From Calditrichaceae bacterium (GTDB taxonomy: Bacteria > Calditrichota > Calditrichia > Calditrichales > JBFXGD01), in assembly GCA_050173015.1 (NCBI GenBank), contig JBFXLE010000006.1, forward strand, positions 32,001-96,000: a stretch of DNA of 64,000 nucleotides. Direction: 5' to 3'. Made by a program: the position numbers and the translations under genes. Below are positions 28,925 to 38,515 of the stretch, one piece after another (position 1 is the first letter of the stretch; every line of letters begins with the position of its first letter). The notes beneath the pieces were generated by a model. It did no database searches. It was not told the origin of the DNA and saw only the letters and a program-made list of their open reading frames with translations.

Positions 28925-30160
28925 ATGAGCGCAAAAATCACTCAAAAAGAACTTGAAACATGGGCGGATTATCTGCTGGATTATTCGCTGGGAGGCGTGC
29001 AAAAAGAAGATGTCATAATGATAAAAGGGGAGCATATCACCTGGCCGCTCATGTCGGTATTACAAGATAAGATTTTCGCGGCGGGAGGGATTGCCGATAT
29101 AAATATTGTTCCTCCGGATAATGACCGGGGCAAGGTGTGGGGAGCATCGATGGCGCGTCACGGCTCTGTCGAACAAATCAAGCGTGTCCCTGCATGGCAT
29201 CAAGACCGTTACAACGCCATGACAAAATACATAGAAATTCTTGGCGCTGAGAATCCCGCTCTCTATTCCGGAGTACCCGATGAAACAGGCAAGGCCATAA
29301 TGCGCGTGGATGAACCGATAAAAAACATTCGTCTGATAAAACCGTGGGTTCTGACATTATTCCCGACGCAGGGATTTGCGGATATGGAGGGTATGTCTCT
29401 GGAAAAATATACCCGGGTGGTGGTAAATGCCTCCATGGTTGATCCGCGACTTCTGGATAATGTGGAAGAAGATATTTATCAATTGATGAACCGCAGCGCA
29501 AAAATCCGGATTGAGACAGAACATCCGCATACAGGAAAAATGCTGGAACTTAAGATGGATATAAATAAACGCAACGTCATCAAATGTACCGGTAAACGAA
29601 ATTTCCCTGACGGTGAAGTGTTTACAAGCCCCAACGCGCCTACCGTTGAAGGCGAGATCTTTGTTGACCTGCCGGTCTCATACGGCGGCACGACAATCCA
29701 GGGAATCCATCTCAAATTTGAAGGCGGAAAAATTGTTGATTATAAATCGGATAAGGGATTTGAAAACCTGAAAAAAATTATTGAAACGGATGAAGGTTCA
29801 CACCGTCTCGGTGAAGTCGCTTTAGGGATGAACAACGGTATCGAAGAGGTTCTAAAACACCCCTTATTTGTAGAGAAGGTCGGTGGGACATTGCACATCG
29901 CGATCGGGGCGAGTTATCCCGAGTGCTATGTTGGTGATCCCTCATCCGACGCGGGGAAATCTGAAGCGGATTCCTTTTTTAAACAGGGGATTCTAAACCG
30001 GTCGGCGCAGCATGTGGATATAGTGACAGATTTTCGTCCGGGTGGCTCAGGACGCGCTGTTTATCTGGATGATGTTAAACTGGAAATCCGTGATAATATC
30101 TGGGTGGTTCCGGAACAGCACAAAATAACCCGGAAATCGGAATCTGATTCAAAGTGGTAA
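28925..30160 (+). CDS. Aminopeptidase, M29 family
   Basis: NFPDGEVFTSP, RLGEVALG, LFVEKVGGTLHIAIGASY, SAQHVD. Confidence 0.9.
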   Translation: MSAKITQKELETWADYLLDYSLGGVQKEDVIMIKGEHITWPLMSVLQDKIFAAGGIADINIVPPDNDRGKVWGASMARHGSVEQIKRVPAWHQDRYNAMTKYIEILGAENPALYSGVPDETGKAIMRVDEPIKNIRLIKPWVLTLFPTQGFADMEGMSLEKYTRVVVNASMVDPRLLDNVEEDIYQLMNRSAKIRIETEHPHTGKMLELKMDINKRNVIKCTGKRNFPDGEVFTSPNAPTVEGEIFVDLPVSYGGTTIQGIHLKFEGGKIVDYKSDKGFENLKKIIETDEGSHRLGEVALGMNNGIEEVLKHPLFVEKVGGTLHIAIGASYPECYVGDPSSDAGKSEADSFFKQGILNRSAQHVDIVTDFRPGGSGRAVYLDDVKLEIRDNIWVVPEQHKITRKSESDSKW

Positions 30161-30178
30161 AATCCGGTTTCATAAATA

Positions 30179-30215
30179 AAAAAAGAGACGCCAAAAAACG
30201 CGTCTCTTTTTTTTT
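30179..30215. terminator. Bidirectional intrinsic terminator
   Basis: AAAAGAGACGC...GCGTCTCTTTT flanked by A- and T-tracts between convergent genes. Confidence 0.88.
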
Positions 30216-30228
30216 GCCCGATTTAATA

Positions 30229-31155
30229 TTAGTGTTCGAGAAATCTCTCCGCATCTAGAGCGGCCATACATCCCGATCCGGCAGCTGTAATTGCCTGGCG
30301 ATAGTATTTATCCTGAACATCGCCGCACGCAAAGACACCGGGAATATTAGTTTTGGTTGTACCGGGCTCGGTTAAGAGGTAGCCGACTTCATCGTGTTTA
30401 ATCTGATCCTTAAAAATTTGGGTGTTGGGGGTATGTCCGATTGCCATAAACACACCATCAACTTTCATCTCTGATGTTTTGCCGTTTACTGAATCCTTGA
30501 GTCTCACACCGGTCACAAATTCATCGCCCAAAATCTCATCGATGACTTTATTTAAGGCAAATTCTATTTTTGGATTATCTTCCGCCTTTTTCACCATGAT
30601 TTTTGATGCGCGGAATTCATCACGGCGATGCACAACAGTGACTTTTTTAGCAAACTTGGTGAGGAAAGTCGCTTCCTCCATGGCTGAGTCGCCACCGCCC
30701 ATTACGATGATCTCTTTATCTTTAAAGAAGAAACCGTCGCAGGTGGCGCATGCCGAAACACCGCGGCCCATTAATCTTTTTTCGGAATCGAGACCTAATA
30801 ATTTAGCGGAAGCTCCCGTTGAAATAATTACCGCATCGGCGGAATATGTGTTGCCCTCACCTTCAATGATGAAGGGGCGTTTGGAGAAATCGACTTTGGT
30901 AGCCATTTCAAATTTTGTTTCGGCGCCGAATTTCTGAGCCTGCGCGCGCATATCTTCCATAAGTTTTGGGCCCATGATGCCTTCGGGAAATCCGGGGAAG
31001 TTTTCAACGTCAGTTGTTATGGTCAGCTGGCCGCCCGGTTGTTGTCCTTCAAGCACAAGCGGTTTCAGATCGGCTCTTGCGTTGTATATGGCGGCAGTTA
31101 ATCCCGCGGGACCGGAACCAATAATAATGACTTTATAGTGTTTCATCTCAGACAT
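30229..31155 (-). CDS. trxB: Thioredoxin-disulfide reductase
   Basis: [29 protein letters not shown]...RQAITAAG. Confidence 0.97.
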   Translation of the reverse strand: MSEMKHYKVIIIGSGPAGLTAAIYNARADLKPLVLEGQQPGGQLTITTDVENFPGFPEGIMGPKLMEDMRAQAQKFGAETKFEMATKVDFSKRPFIIEGEGNTYSADAVIISTGASAKLLGLDSEKRLMGRGVSACATCDGFFFKDKEIIVMGGGDSAMEEATFLTKFAKKVTVVHRRDEFRASKIMVKKAEDNPKIEFALNKVIDEILGDEFVTGVRLKDSVNGKTSEMKVDGVFMAIGHTPNTQIFKDQIKHDEVGYLLTEPGTTKTNIPGVFACGDVQDKYYRQAITAAGSGCMAALDAERFLEH

Positions 31156-31349
31156 GCTTCACTCCTTTAAATATTTTCATGTTCCGCTGACAATCGGTAA
31201 TATTTGTCGGTTGTTTAAAATATAACCACACTCAATTCTAATTGCCATAAATGTTTGCTCTCTTTTCTGTTTACCTTTTGATGCAAAATTTTTATATGAG
31301 TTACAATGTCATTTTCAGACACTTTTTAGATGTATTATATCCGAAAAAA

Positions 31350-31378
31350 TTGCCGGAATGATCTGAATATTTTAAATT
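31350..31378 (+). promoter_or_regulatory. Sigma70-type promoter
   Basis: TTGCCG-N17-TAAATT. Confidence 0.45.
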
Positions 31379-31420
31379 GATATGAATACTTTATTACAGA
31401 GTGATACAGGAGAATCCGGA

Positions 31421-32791
31421 ATGAATTTCTTAAAAAGTCACAAGACTGTTCTGTTATTTGTTTTGCTGATTCTGTTTTCTTGCGGGGTAAAAGATTCCGG
31501 TAATGTTAAAAGACCCGAATCAACGGTTGTTCACCCGGATTGGAGTTATAATAAAACCGTCTATGAAGTCAATATCCGGCAATTTTCCGAAAGCGGGACC
31601 TTCAAAGCCTTTGAACAACGATTACCCGAGCTGAAAGAGCTTGGCGTAGGGATTGTCTGGCTGATGCCGGTTCACCCGATTGGCGAGAAGAGTCGTAAGG
31701 GGAGTCTTGGATCATATTATTCGGTTCGGGATTATTACAAAGTCAATCCGGAATTTGGAACAGAGGATGATTTTAAAAGCCTGGTAAACAAGATTCATGA
31801 ACTGGGGATGTATGTTATTATCGACTGGGTAGCAAATCATACTGCGTGGGATAATTCATTGGTTGATGAACATCCTGACTGGTTCACAAGGGATGAAAAT
31901 AACAATCTTGTTTCGCCGGTGCCCGACTGGAGTGATGTAGTTGACCTTAATTATGAAAATAAAGAACTATGGGCCTATATGACCGATGCTCTAAAATTTT
32001 GGGTATTAGAATACGATGTTGACGGATTTCGCTGTGATGTGGCAGAACGGGTTCCTTTAGAATTCTGGGAGCAGGCGCGCGCGGAGCTTGAGAAGATAAG
32101 GCCGGTATTTATGCTGGCGGAAGGGGAAAATCCTGACCTTCAAATTGCGGCATTCGATATGACATACAGTTGGGGAATTCACCACGCCATGAATAAGATC
32201 GCCAAAGGTGAAGATAACGCGGGGATCGTAAACGAATATTTGAAAAGGGAGAGCAGGGAATACCCGGAGAACGCATTCCGAATGCGGTTTACATCCAATC
32301 ATGATGAAAACAGCTGTAATGGAACCGTCTTCGAACGTCTGGGTGAAGGTGCAAAGGCTTTCGCGGTCCTTTCGGCGACCATTCCCGGAAAGCCACTTTT
32401 ATACAGCGGGCAGGAAACGGGCATGGATAAGCGGCTTGAATTTTTCGAGAAAGATCCCATTGAATGGAAAGAGAGCGATTTCCGTCCATTCTATACAAAA
32501 TTGTTTAATCTTTATCAGCAAAACCCCGCGCTTTATTCGGGAAAATATTCAAAAATCAAAACGGATGAGGACGAGTCAGTCTATATCTTCATACGGGAAC
32601 AGGCCCGGAACAAAATTATGGTTGTCCTCAATCTGTCCGAGCAAAGAATAAAAGTAAATGTGAAATCGGATCTCCTCACCGATTCCTACACGGAGCTTTT
32701 TAGTGATGTGCGCGTCGAATATGTCAGTCCTCATCAATTTGATCTTGAACCGTGGGCTTATCGGATCTTTGTGAAAGAACAACGGGATTAG
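31421..32791 (+). CDS. GH13 alpha-amylase family lipoprotein
   Basis: Lipobox LFSC; DWVANH, GFRCDVA, MLAE, NHD; start at 31421 after AGGAG. Confidence 0.9.
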   Translation: MNFLKSHKTVLLFVLLILFSCGVKDSGNVKRPESTVVHPDWSYNKTVYEVNIRQFSESGTFKAFEQRLPELKELGVGIVWLMPVHPIGEKSRKGSLGSYYSVRDYYKVNPEFGTEDDFKSLVNKIHELGMYVIIDWVANHTAWDNSLVDEHPDWFTRDENNNLVSPVPDWSDVVDLNYENKELWAYMTDALKFWVLEYDVDGFRCDVAERVPLEFWEQARAELEKIRPVFMLAEGENPDLQIAAFDMTYSWGIHHAMNKIAKGEDNAGIVNEYLKRESREYPENAFRMRFTSNHDENSCNGTVFERLGEGAKAFAVLSATIPGKPLLYSGQETGMDKRLEFFEKDPIEWKESDFRPFYTKLFNLYQQNPALYSGKYSKIKTDEDESVYIFIREQARNKIMVVLNLSEQRIKVNVKSDLLTDSYTELFSDVRVEYVSPHQFDLEPWAYRIFVKEQRD

Positions 32792-32839
32792 ACGCGGGAT
32801 GGCAACCGACTAAGGCAGAGTTTGTAAATAAAATAAGGA

Positions 32840-33439
32840 TCACTTCGCGCGGCTGACCCACGGGTTGTCTCTGATCATAAAGCGCCGGTGCAGTTTTGCA
32901 TCCTCACCGGCGTAGCCGACGCCAACGCGGGGCGCCGCGATAATATCGTCATTATCAATATTGATTCCCCGGTCTTCTACCCAGATATTTCCATCAAACA
33001 GCGACATACCCGAATGCGATGTGTTAATTCCAAGAGCAATGGTCAAAAGTCCCGGTCCGCCGGTGATGCTCCTGTCCGGTTTGGATTTTTTACGCCGCTT
33101 AAGCATAATATGGACGCCGTCAATGGGTTGCAGGGCGCGGATCAGGACGGCATGCGGCACCCCAATGTGGTTGGTGACAATATTGAACAATGAATATATT
33201 CCATAAATCAAATAGACATAAGCGGTTCCGCCCTCATGATACATTACCTCGGTTCTTTTCGTCTTTCTGTGATTGTAGGCATGAGAAGCGCGGTCTGTCA
33301 CTCCGGCGTAGGCCTCCGTTTCGACAATCATTCCGGCTGTATATTGCCCGTCAAATTCTGTAACAAGGAATTTCCCCAGCAGTGATTTGGCAGTTTCCTC
33401 CACGTCCTGCCGCATATAAAAAGATTGCTCTAATTTCAT
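32840..33439 (-). CDS. mpg: 3-methyladenine DNA glycosylase (AAG/MPG family)
   Basis: IVETEAY, YVYLIYG, AVLIRA, GPGLL, PRVGV; start could be 33454. Confidence 0.92.
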   Translation of the reverse strand: MKLEQSFYMRQDVEETAKSLLGKFLVTEFDGQYTAGMIVETEAYAGVTDRASHAYNHRKTKRTEVMYHEGGTAYVYLIYGIYSLFNIVTNHIGVPHAVLIRALQPIDGVHIMLKRRKKSKPDRSITGGPGLLTIALGINTSHSGMSLFDGNIWVEDRGINIDNDDIIAAPRVGVGYAGEDAKLHRRFMIRDNPWVSRAK

Positions 33440-33516
33440 ATAAACAAGCTCCATTGTCCATCATCCATCTGGAATAGGATTAATATAAGGGGTCGGAAAA
33501 AAATCCCAAAATAATC

Positions 33517-33545
33517 TTGATTACTAAAATTGATTCAATTAGATT
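33517..33545 (+). promoter_or_regulatory. Promoter of the riboswitch-btu transcript
   Basis: TTGATT-N17-TAGATT. Confidence 0.5.
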
Positions 33546-33569
33546 GCCTCCAGTCTAAAATTTTATGTT

Positions 33570-33735
33570 CTTATAAAATTAAGATTTCAGTAACGGGAAG
33601 CGCGGTGAAAAACCGCCACTGCCCCGCAACTGTAAGAGCGGACGAAAGCCAAATTGATGCCACTGTTCTGGTAACGGAATGGGAAGGGTTGGCGAGTAGA
33701 ACGATGCTTAAGTCAGGAGACCGACTGAAATTGAA
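33570..33735 (+). ncRNA. Cobalamin riboswitch
   Basis: GGGAA.cGGTGAAAAACCG..CTGCCCCGCAACTGT, GCCACTG, GGGAAGG, AGTCAGGAGACC B12-box; upstream of a TonB-dependent receptor; hairpin at 33737-33784; boundaries approximate. Confidence 0.93.
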
Positions 33736-33909
33736 TATCCCAGGCAAAGTTTACGTGGGTAAATTTTGGGATTTCCGCTTGGTTAAATTTGATCATATCG
33801 AATTACCGGCCGGAAGTTAATTCCACACATCCATCCACGGATATTCAACTCAGTCCGTTTCCTCAAAATCCCTTCCATATTAAATTCACATTCGCGACCG
33901 GAAACGCCC

Positions 33910-36030
33910 ATGTTTCGAAATTATTTGTTTGTCATATTACATCTCGTAATCCTGACGGATTTTACTCTGTGCGGGGAGAGACATATGATTGTCTGTGATT
34001 TATGGAATGGAATGCCGCTCACGGGCGTCACTATAGAATCTCATTCAGATACAACATCCACAAAGACAGACGGGAAATTTATTCTGAAAGATGACCCGGT
34101 CAAGTTAAGCCGCAAAGGATATTTCGATGTAAATATAAATCCCTCGGAGTTTTCAGGCGGTCTGGTTTATATGGAACCCGTCCAGAGTACTGATCTGATT
34201 ACAGTGGCGCGCTCAAAGGAATCGGACAGCCGGTTAATGCTGCCGGCTCATATCAGCCGGATCGATATTCCTGATTACCGCTCCGGATCGTTGAAGAGTT
34301 TAGATAAACTGTTATCGGTTGAGTCGGGCATATTGATCAAATCATACGGCGGGCAGGGGCAGCTACAGACAATATCAATTCGTGGAATGAGTTCGGAGCA
34401 GACACAACTCCTGTTTGACGGTGTTCCCTTGAATAGTTTACAGCTTGGCGGCGCGGATTTGGGACAATATGAAACCGGTCAGATAGGGTCTCTGGAAATT
34501 TATCGTGGCGGAAACGCTCTTTTCGGAGGAAGCGGGGCAATCGGGGGGAGCGTGAATCTGCACCCGGAAAGGCCGGCCGATCAAATCGGATATAAACTAA
34601 ATGCCGGTTTGGGATCATTCAATACCGCTAATTATGGATTTTCAGTGGATCTGCCTTTAAAAAATTACAAACAAAAAATAAGTATTGGTAAATCATCGGG
34701 GGACAATGATTATAAGACGCATTATGATAATGAAAATATAAAATTGCGGAACCGGGATTTCGAAAGGCTGAATTTCAATTATAACGGCATTCTTGACTTA
34801 AATAAGAACAAACAGATTGATATTTTTCTTTCGAATTACCGGAATGAAGCCGGCGCCCCGGACCCGTTTGTGAGTCCCGTGGCTGAATCGGCCAATCTTG
34901 CCAGGAGAGATGATGATTATACCTTACTTAAACTACGGTTTAACCAACAGAGCAAGCGCGGCGGTTACAGTGTTCAAACGTACATCCGGAATGAATGGAT
35001 GGGGTATGATGATCCTTCCGTCATTTTAAATAATCAGGCGCTGCACAGCCTTCATTTTAACAGGGAAAGAGGCGTGCAGGCGCGCGGGAATTATTTAGCG
35101 ACTCATCATTTGCTGATTCATACCGGATTTGAAGGGGCATGGCAGTATATCAAGAGCACGGACGCGGGCGAGCATGAAAAAAGACGATTGGCCGGGTATC
35201 TGCTTCTGGACTGGGAGGCCTTCCGCGATTCAGGCCGTCTGGAAGCGGTACACCTGAACGCGAGCGCGCGGATGGAGTCAGATTCACAATTCGGAGAGGC
35301 GCTGCTGCCCGGTATCGGCTTCAGCGCGAATATGAATCATACACAGATTTATGGCTCTGTGACCAGAAATTACAGGGCCCCCACATTTAATGATTTATAC
35401 TGGCAGCCCGGTGGAAATTCGGATCTGGATGCGGAAGAGTCGGTGAACGCGGAACTGGGAATTGATTTTGAACAGAGATATCGCCCCGGAATCATTCATA
35501 TTAATCTCACCGGCTATATGAATCGTGTTGATAATCAGATTAAATGGCTGCCGGCAGGTAATTACTGGACCCCGGAAAATATCCTTGAAGTTTTTAGCAG
35601 AGGATGGGAATTTGAAATCGGTCTCTCGGATCAGGAGCGTGTGACCAGTCTGCAATTCAATTATACCCGGGGGAAATCCGAAAAAAGCAGACCGGAATTT
35701 AAAGGAGATAAAAAGGATGGGAATCAGCTTCCCTACATCCCGCGCGAACAATGGAGTATCAGGGCGCAAACAGGCTGGAAATTTACAAGAATCGGATTGC
35801 AGGGAACCGGGATGGGTTTTCGCTATGAAACGCTGCAAAATAATTTTGATGAAATTTTACCGTCGAATACTGTCTGGCGGATTTGGAGCGGTTTTGATTT
35901 CCTGGTATCCGGTCACGAGTTGACGTTTGATCTGGCGATGGAGAACATTTTTGATCTGGAATACGAACTGATAAGCGGCTATCCGATGCCGCCGGTACAA
36001 TATTCTATTTCAATTGGCATTGCCCGTTAA
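33910..36030 (+). CDS. btuB: TonB-dependent receptor, cobalamin (BtuB-like)
   Basis: Plug SIRGMSSEQTQLLFDGVPLN, RAPTFNDLYW, ENIFD...GYPMP; riboswitch upstream. Confidence 0.85.
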   Translation: MFRNYLFVILHLVILTDFTLCGERHMIVCDLWNGMPLTGVTIESHSDTTSTKTDGKFILKDDPVKLSRKGYFDVNINPSEFSGGLVYMEPVQSTDLITVARSKESDSRLMLPAHISRIDIPDYRSGSLKSLDKLLSVESGILIKSYGGQGQLQTISIRGMSSEQTQLLFDGVPLNSLQLGGADLGQYETGQIGSLEIYRGGNALFGGSGAIGGSVNLHPERPADQIGYKLNAGLGSFNTANYGFSVDLPLKNYKQKISIGKSSGDNDYKTHYDNENIKLRNRDFERLNFNYNGILDLNKNKQIDIFLSNYRNEAGAPDPFVSPVAESANLARRDDDYTLLKLRFNQQSKRGGYSVQTYIRNEWMGYDDPSVILNNQALHSLHFNRERGVQARGNYLATHHLLIHTGFEGAWQYIKSTDAGEHEKRRLAGYLLLDWEAFRDSGRLEAVHLNASARMESDSQFGEALLPGIGFSANMNHTQIYGSVTRNYRAPTFNDLYWQPGGNSDLDAEESVNAELGIDFEQRYRPGIIHINLTGYMNRVDNQIKWLPAGNYWTPENILEVFSRGWEFEIGLSDQERVTSLQFNYTRGKSEKSRPEFKGDKKDGNQLPYIPREQWSIRAQTGWKFTRIGLQGTGMGFRYETLQNNFDEILPSNTVWRIWSGFDFLVSGHELTFDLAMENIFDLEYELISGYPMPPVQYSISIGIAR

Positions 36031-36067
36031 ATATGTTGTTTTATTCAAATATAAAAGGGGAGGATTC

Positions 36068-37126
36068 ATGTTTTTACGGATGATGATTTTAATTACAGCC
36101 GCAACCGGTCTGTTTTTCGCGTGCGAAGATGATCCAACGGGGCCGGATTCAAGCGCAACCGTGCCGCGGCCGTCGGGGGCTTTTATTATTAATGAGGGTA
36201 ATTACGGGCATTCTAACGGATCATTGTCCTTTTATAGCTTTGAAGAAGATACAATCACAAATAATATTTTTAAAGGAATTAACGGACGAAATTTGGGAGA
36301 TGTGGTTTTTAGCATGACGATTATTGACTCTCTTGGATATATTGTTGTAAATAATTCGGATAAAATAGAAGTGATCAGCACAAAAACATGGAAGAGCAAA
36401 GGCACTATCAACCTCGCGGCAGGATCAAGTCCCCGTTACCTAAGATCGGGAAGGGACGGAACGGCGCTGGTGACAAATTTATACTCTAATTCTGTATCCA
36501 TCATCGATCTATCGAATCTACAGGTGACAGGGAGCGTACCCGTTGGTTTAAATCCCGAAGGAATTGCAATTTCAGGCGATAAAGCATATGTTGCCAACAG
36601 CGGATTTGGATCGGATAATACGGTCTCCATAATAGATTTAAACTCAGAATCGGTTATAAAAACAATACGGGTCGGAGACTATCCGACGGTAATCGAATCT
36701 GATAGTCAGGGGAATCTTCAAGTGATGTGCAGCGGAAGCAACGGAGACTGGAACGATCCGAACGACGACTCCGATGGAAGTATTTATGTGATAGATCCCT
36801 TATCTGATAATGTAACCGACTCGTTAATTATTGCCGGGCATCCTTCCAGACTTTCCATCGAAGGGGGCGGGACAGGTTTTTATCTTGACGGCTTTTTTGG
36901 AAATGTCATGTCATATTCGGCTGAAAACATGACTTCTGATCCGCGGCTTCTCATATCGGGTTTATATTATGGTCTGAGGTATGAACCAGTCGCGGAGCGA
37001 TTGTTCGCGCTCGATGCCCTGGATTTTGTACAAAACGGATTGCTCAAAATCTATGACAAGAATGGAAACTTGCTGAACGAATTTGAGGCCGGAATAGGAC
37101 CCGGTTCATTAACCTTTATCTATTAA
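36068..37126 (+). CDS. YncE-family beta-propeller surface lipoprotein (BtuG-like)
   Basis: Lipobox FFAC; NEGNYGHSNGSLS, LGDV, YIVVNNSDKIEV, DALDFVQNG resemble Bacteroidetes BtuG. Confidence 0.8.
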   Translation: MFLRMMILITAATGLFFACEDDPTGPDSSATVPRPSGAFIINEGNYGHSNGSLSFYSFEEDTITNNIFKGINGRNLGDVVFSMTIIDSLGYIVVNNSDKIEVISTKTWKSKGTINLAAGSSPRYLRSGRDGTALVTNLYSNSVSIIDLSNLQVTGSVPVGLNPEGIAISGDKAYVANSGFGSDNTVSIIDLNSESVIKTIRVGDYPTVIESDSQGNLQVMCSGSNGDWNDPNDDSDGSIYVIDPLSDNVTDSLIIAGHPSRLSIEGGGTGFYLDGFFGNVMSYSAENMTSDPRLLISGLYYGLRYEPVAERLFALDALDFVQNGLLKIYDKNGNLLNEFEAGIGPGSLTFIY

Positions 37127-37139
37127 CAGAGAGTAGAAA

Positions 37140-38036
37140 ATGAAAAAAAGAATAATTTTAATCATATTATCGGCCTTTCTGATCATCCAATGCTCGGGAG
37201 AACAGAAAAACGACGCGCAATTATACCCAAACGGGAAAAAAGTGCCGGACAGGATTATTTCGCTTTCTCCCAATATCACGGAAATCATCTATGCGTTGAG
37301 TCTGGAAGACAAGCTCGTCGCTGTAACGGATTATTGTAATTATCCGCCGGAAGCGCGCCAAAAAGAGAAAGTAGGCGGGTTGCTCAATCCGAATCTCGAG
37401 CTGATTGTTGCGTTAAAGCCGGATCTTATCATCGGTCCTCCCGCATATCACGATACTGCTGAAAAGCTGTCTGCGCAGGGAATCAGATCACTTTTGCTTC
37501 CGATGGATAATGTAAATGACATTTACAGTTCCATCGACTCGGTCGGCAGCGTTTTTCAAAGTGAAAAGCGAGCTGAGGATCTGAATCAGGCCATCAGGGA
37601 TTCTATAACGTATTATAATAGTAAAATAAAAGAGTTATCAATTGAAATGCCTTCGGCCATGCTGGTATTGGGACGGGAGCCGGGTACGACAAGAAATATT
37701 TCCGTACTGGGTCCCGGGAGTTTTGTCAATGAGATCTGGGAAGGGGCCGGAGGAATTAATTCCTTTTCTGATATGAAGATGGCATTCGCGCAGGTCAGCA
37801 GGGAAGCGGTGATTACCCGTAAGCCGGAGCTGATTCTAGAGTTTAAATTTAATGAAGAATGGAGTGATCAAAAAAATCAGCGGAACCTGGAGGAATGGGG
37901 CGATGTCAATGAGACGCCCGCGGTTTTGAAAAAGCATATTTATGTTTTGACAGGGGATTATACACTTATACCCGGACCGCGAACCTATTTGCTGGCGAAG
38001 GATTTTTATCAGATATTAAAAGAATACGGGGAGTGA
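37140..38036 (+). CDS. btuF: Periplasmic cobalamin-binding protein
   Basis: RIISLSPNITEIIYAL, VTDYCNYP, PNLELIVALKPDL, IPGPR. Confidence 0.85.
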   Translation: MKKRIILIILSAFLIIQCSGEQKNDAQLYPNGKKVPDRIISLSPNITEIIYALSLEDKLVAVTDYCNYPPEARQKEKVGGLLNPNLELIVALKPDLIIGPPAYHDTAEKLSAQGIRSLLLPMDNVNDIYSSIDSVGSVFQSEKRAEDLNQAIRDSITYYNSKIKELSIEMPSAMLVLGREPGTTRNISVLGPGSFVNEIWEGAGGINSFSDMKMAFAQVSREAVITRKPELILEFKFNEEWSDQKNQRNLEEWGDVNETPAVLKKHIYVLTGDYTLIPGPRTYLLAKDFYQILKEYGE

Positions 38037-38304
38037 AAGGTTGTTCTTTCAGGAAATCAATAATTCTAAATAATTGATAGTTTTGATCGAATTATTGATG
38101 TTTTGATCATTGCTGAGATGATGTAAATCACGCGGGGAAAAGTCGGAGAAAATTAAATTTATTTATGAAATTTCCGGCTTTTAAAATGGGTTCTCATATA
38201 CAGATTTTTATTTTAAGCGGATCCGGTTATAGAAAATGGCACTCAAATTTAATCAAAGATAAGATGTCTGTCCCGATTTTAAAGGCCTGATTCAGATTTA
38301 ATTG

Positions 38305-38322
38305 TCGTGGAATAATTCACAA
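38305..38322. promoter_or_regulatory. Rex-like box upstream of nrdJ
   Basis: TCGTGGAATAATTCACAA versus TTGTGAA-N4-TTCACAA (2 mismatches). Confidence 0.35.
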
Positions 38323-38515
38323 AAAAATGATTCCTGAAATTTGTTTTATTCAAGGGTAGAATTCTTTATATTGGGTTTTATTAAGTCGTAAAAAAATCAG
38401 AAATAGGATTTACTCAGGAACCGATTTACGGCAAGATAGAACCTCAGTATATCGTATCAAATGTTTCCGATTTACATATTTTTGGAATGGAATCGCTGAT
38501 TTTGGGAGATGATTT

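Noticed and set aside
33530..33820. 96-aa ORF
   Set aside because: Coincides with the promoter and cobalamin riboswitch; no protein features
38442..38457. NrdR box upstream of nrdJ
   Set aside because: CCTCAGTATATCGTAT has several mismatches and no second box
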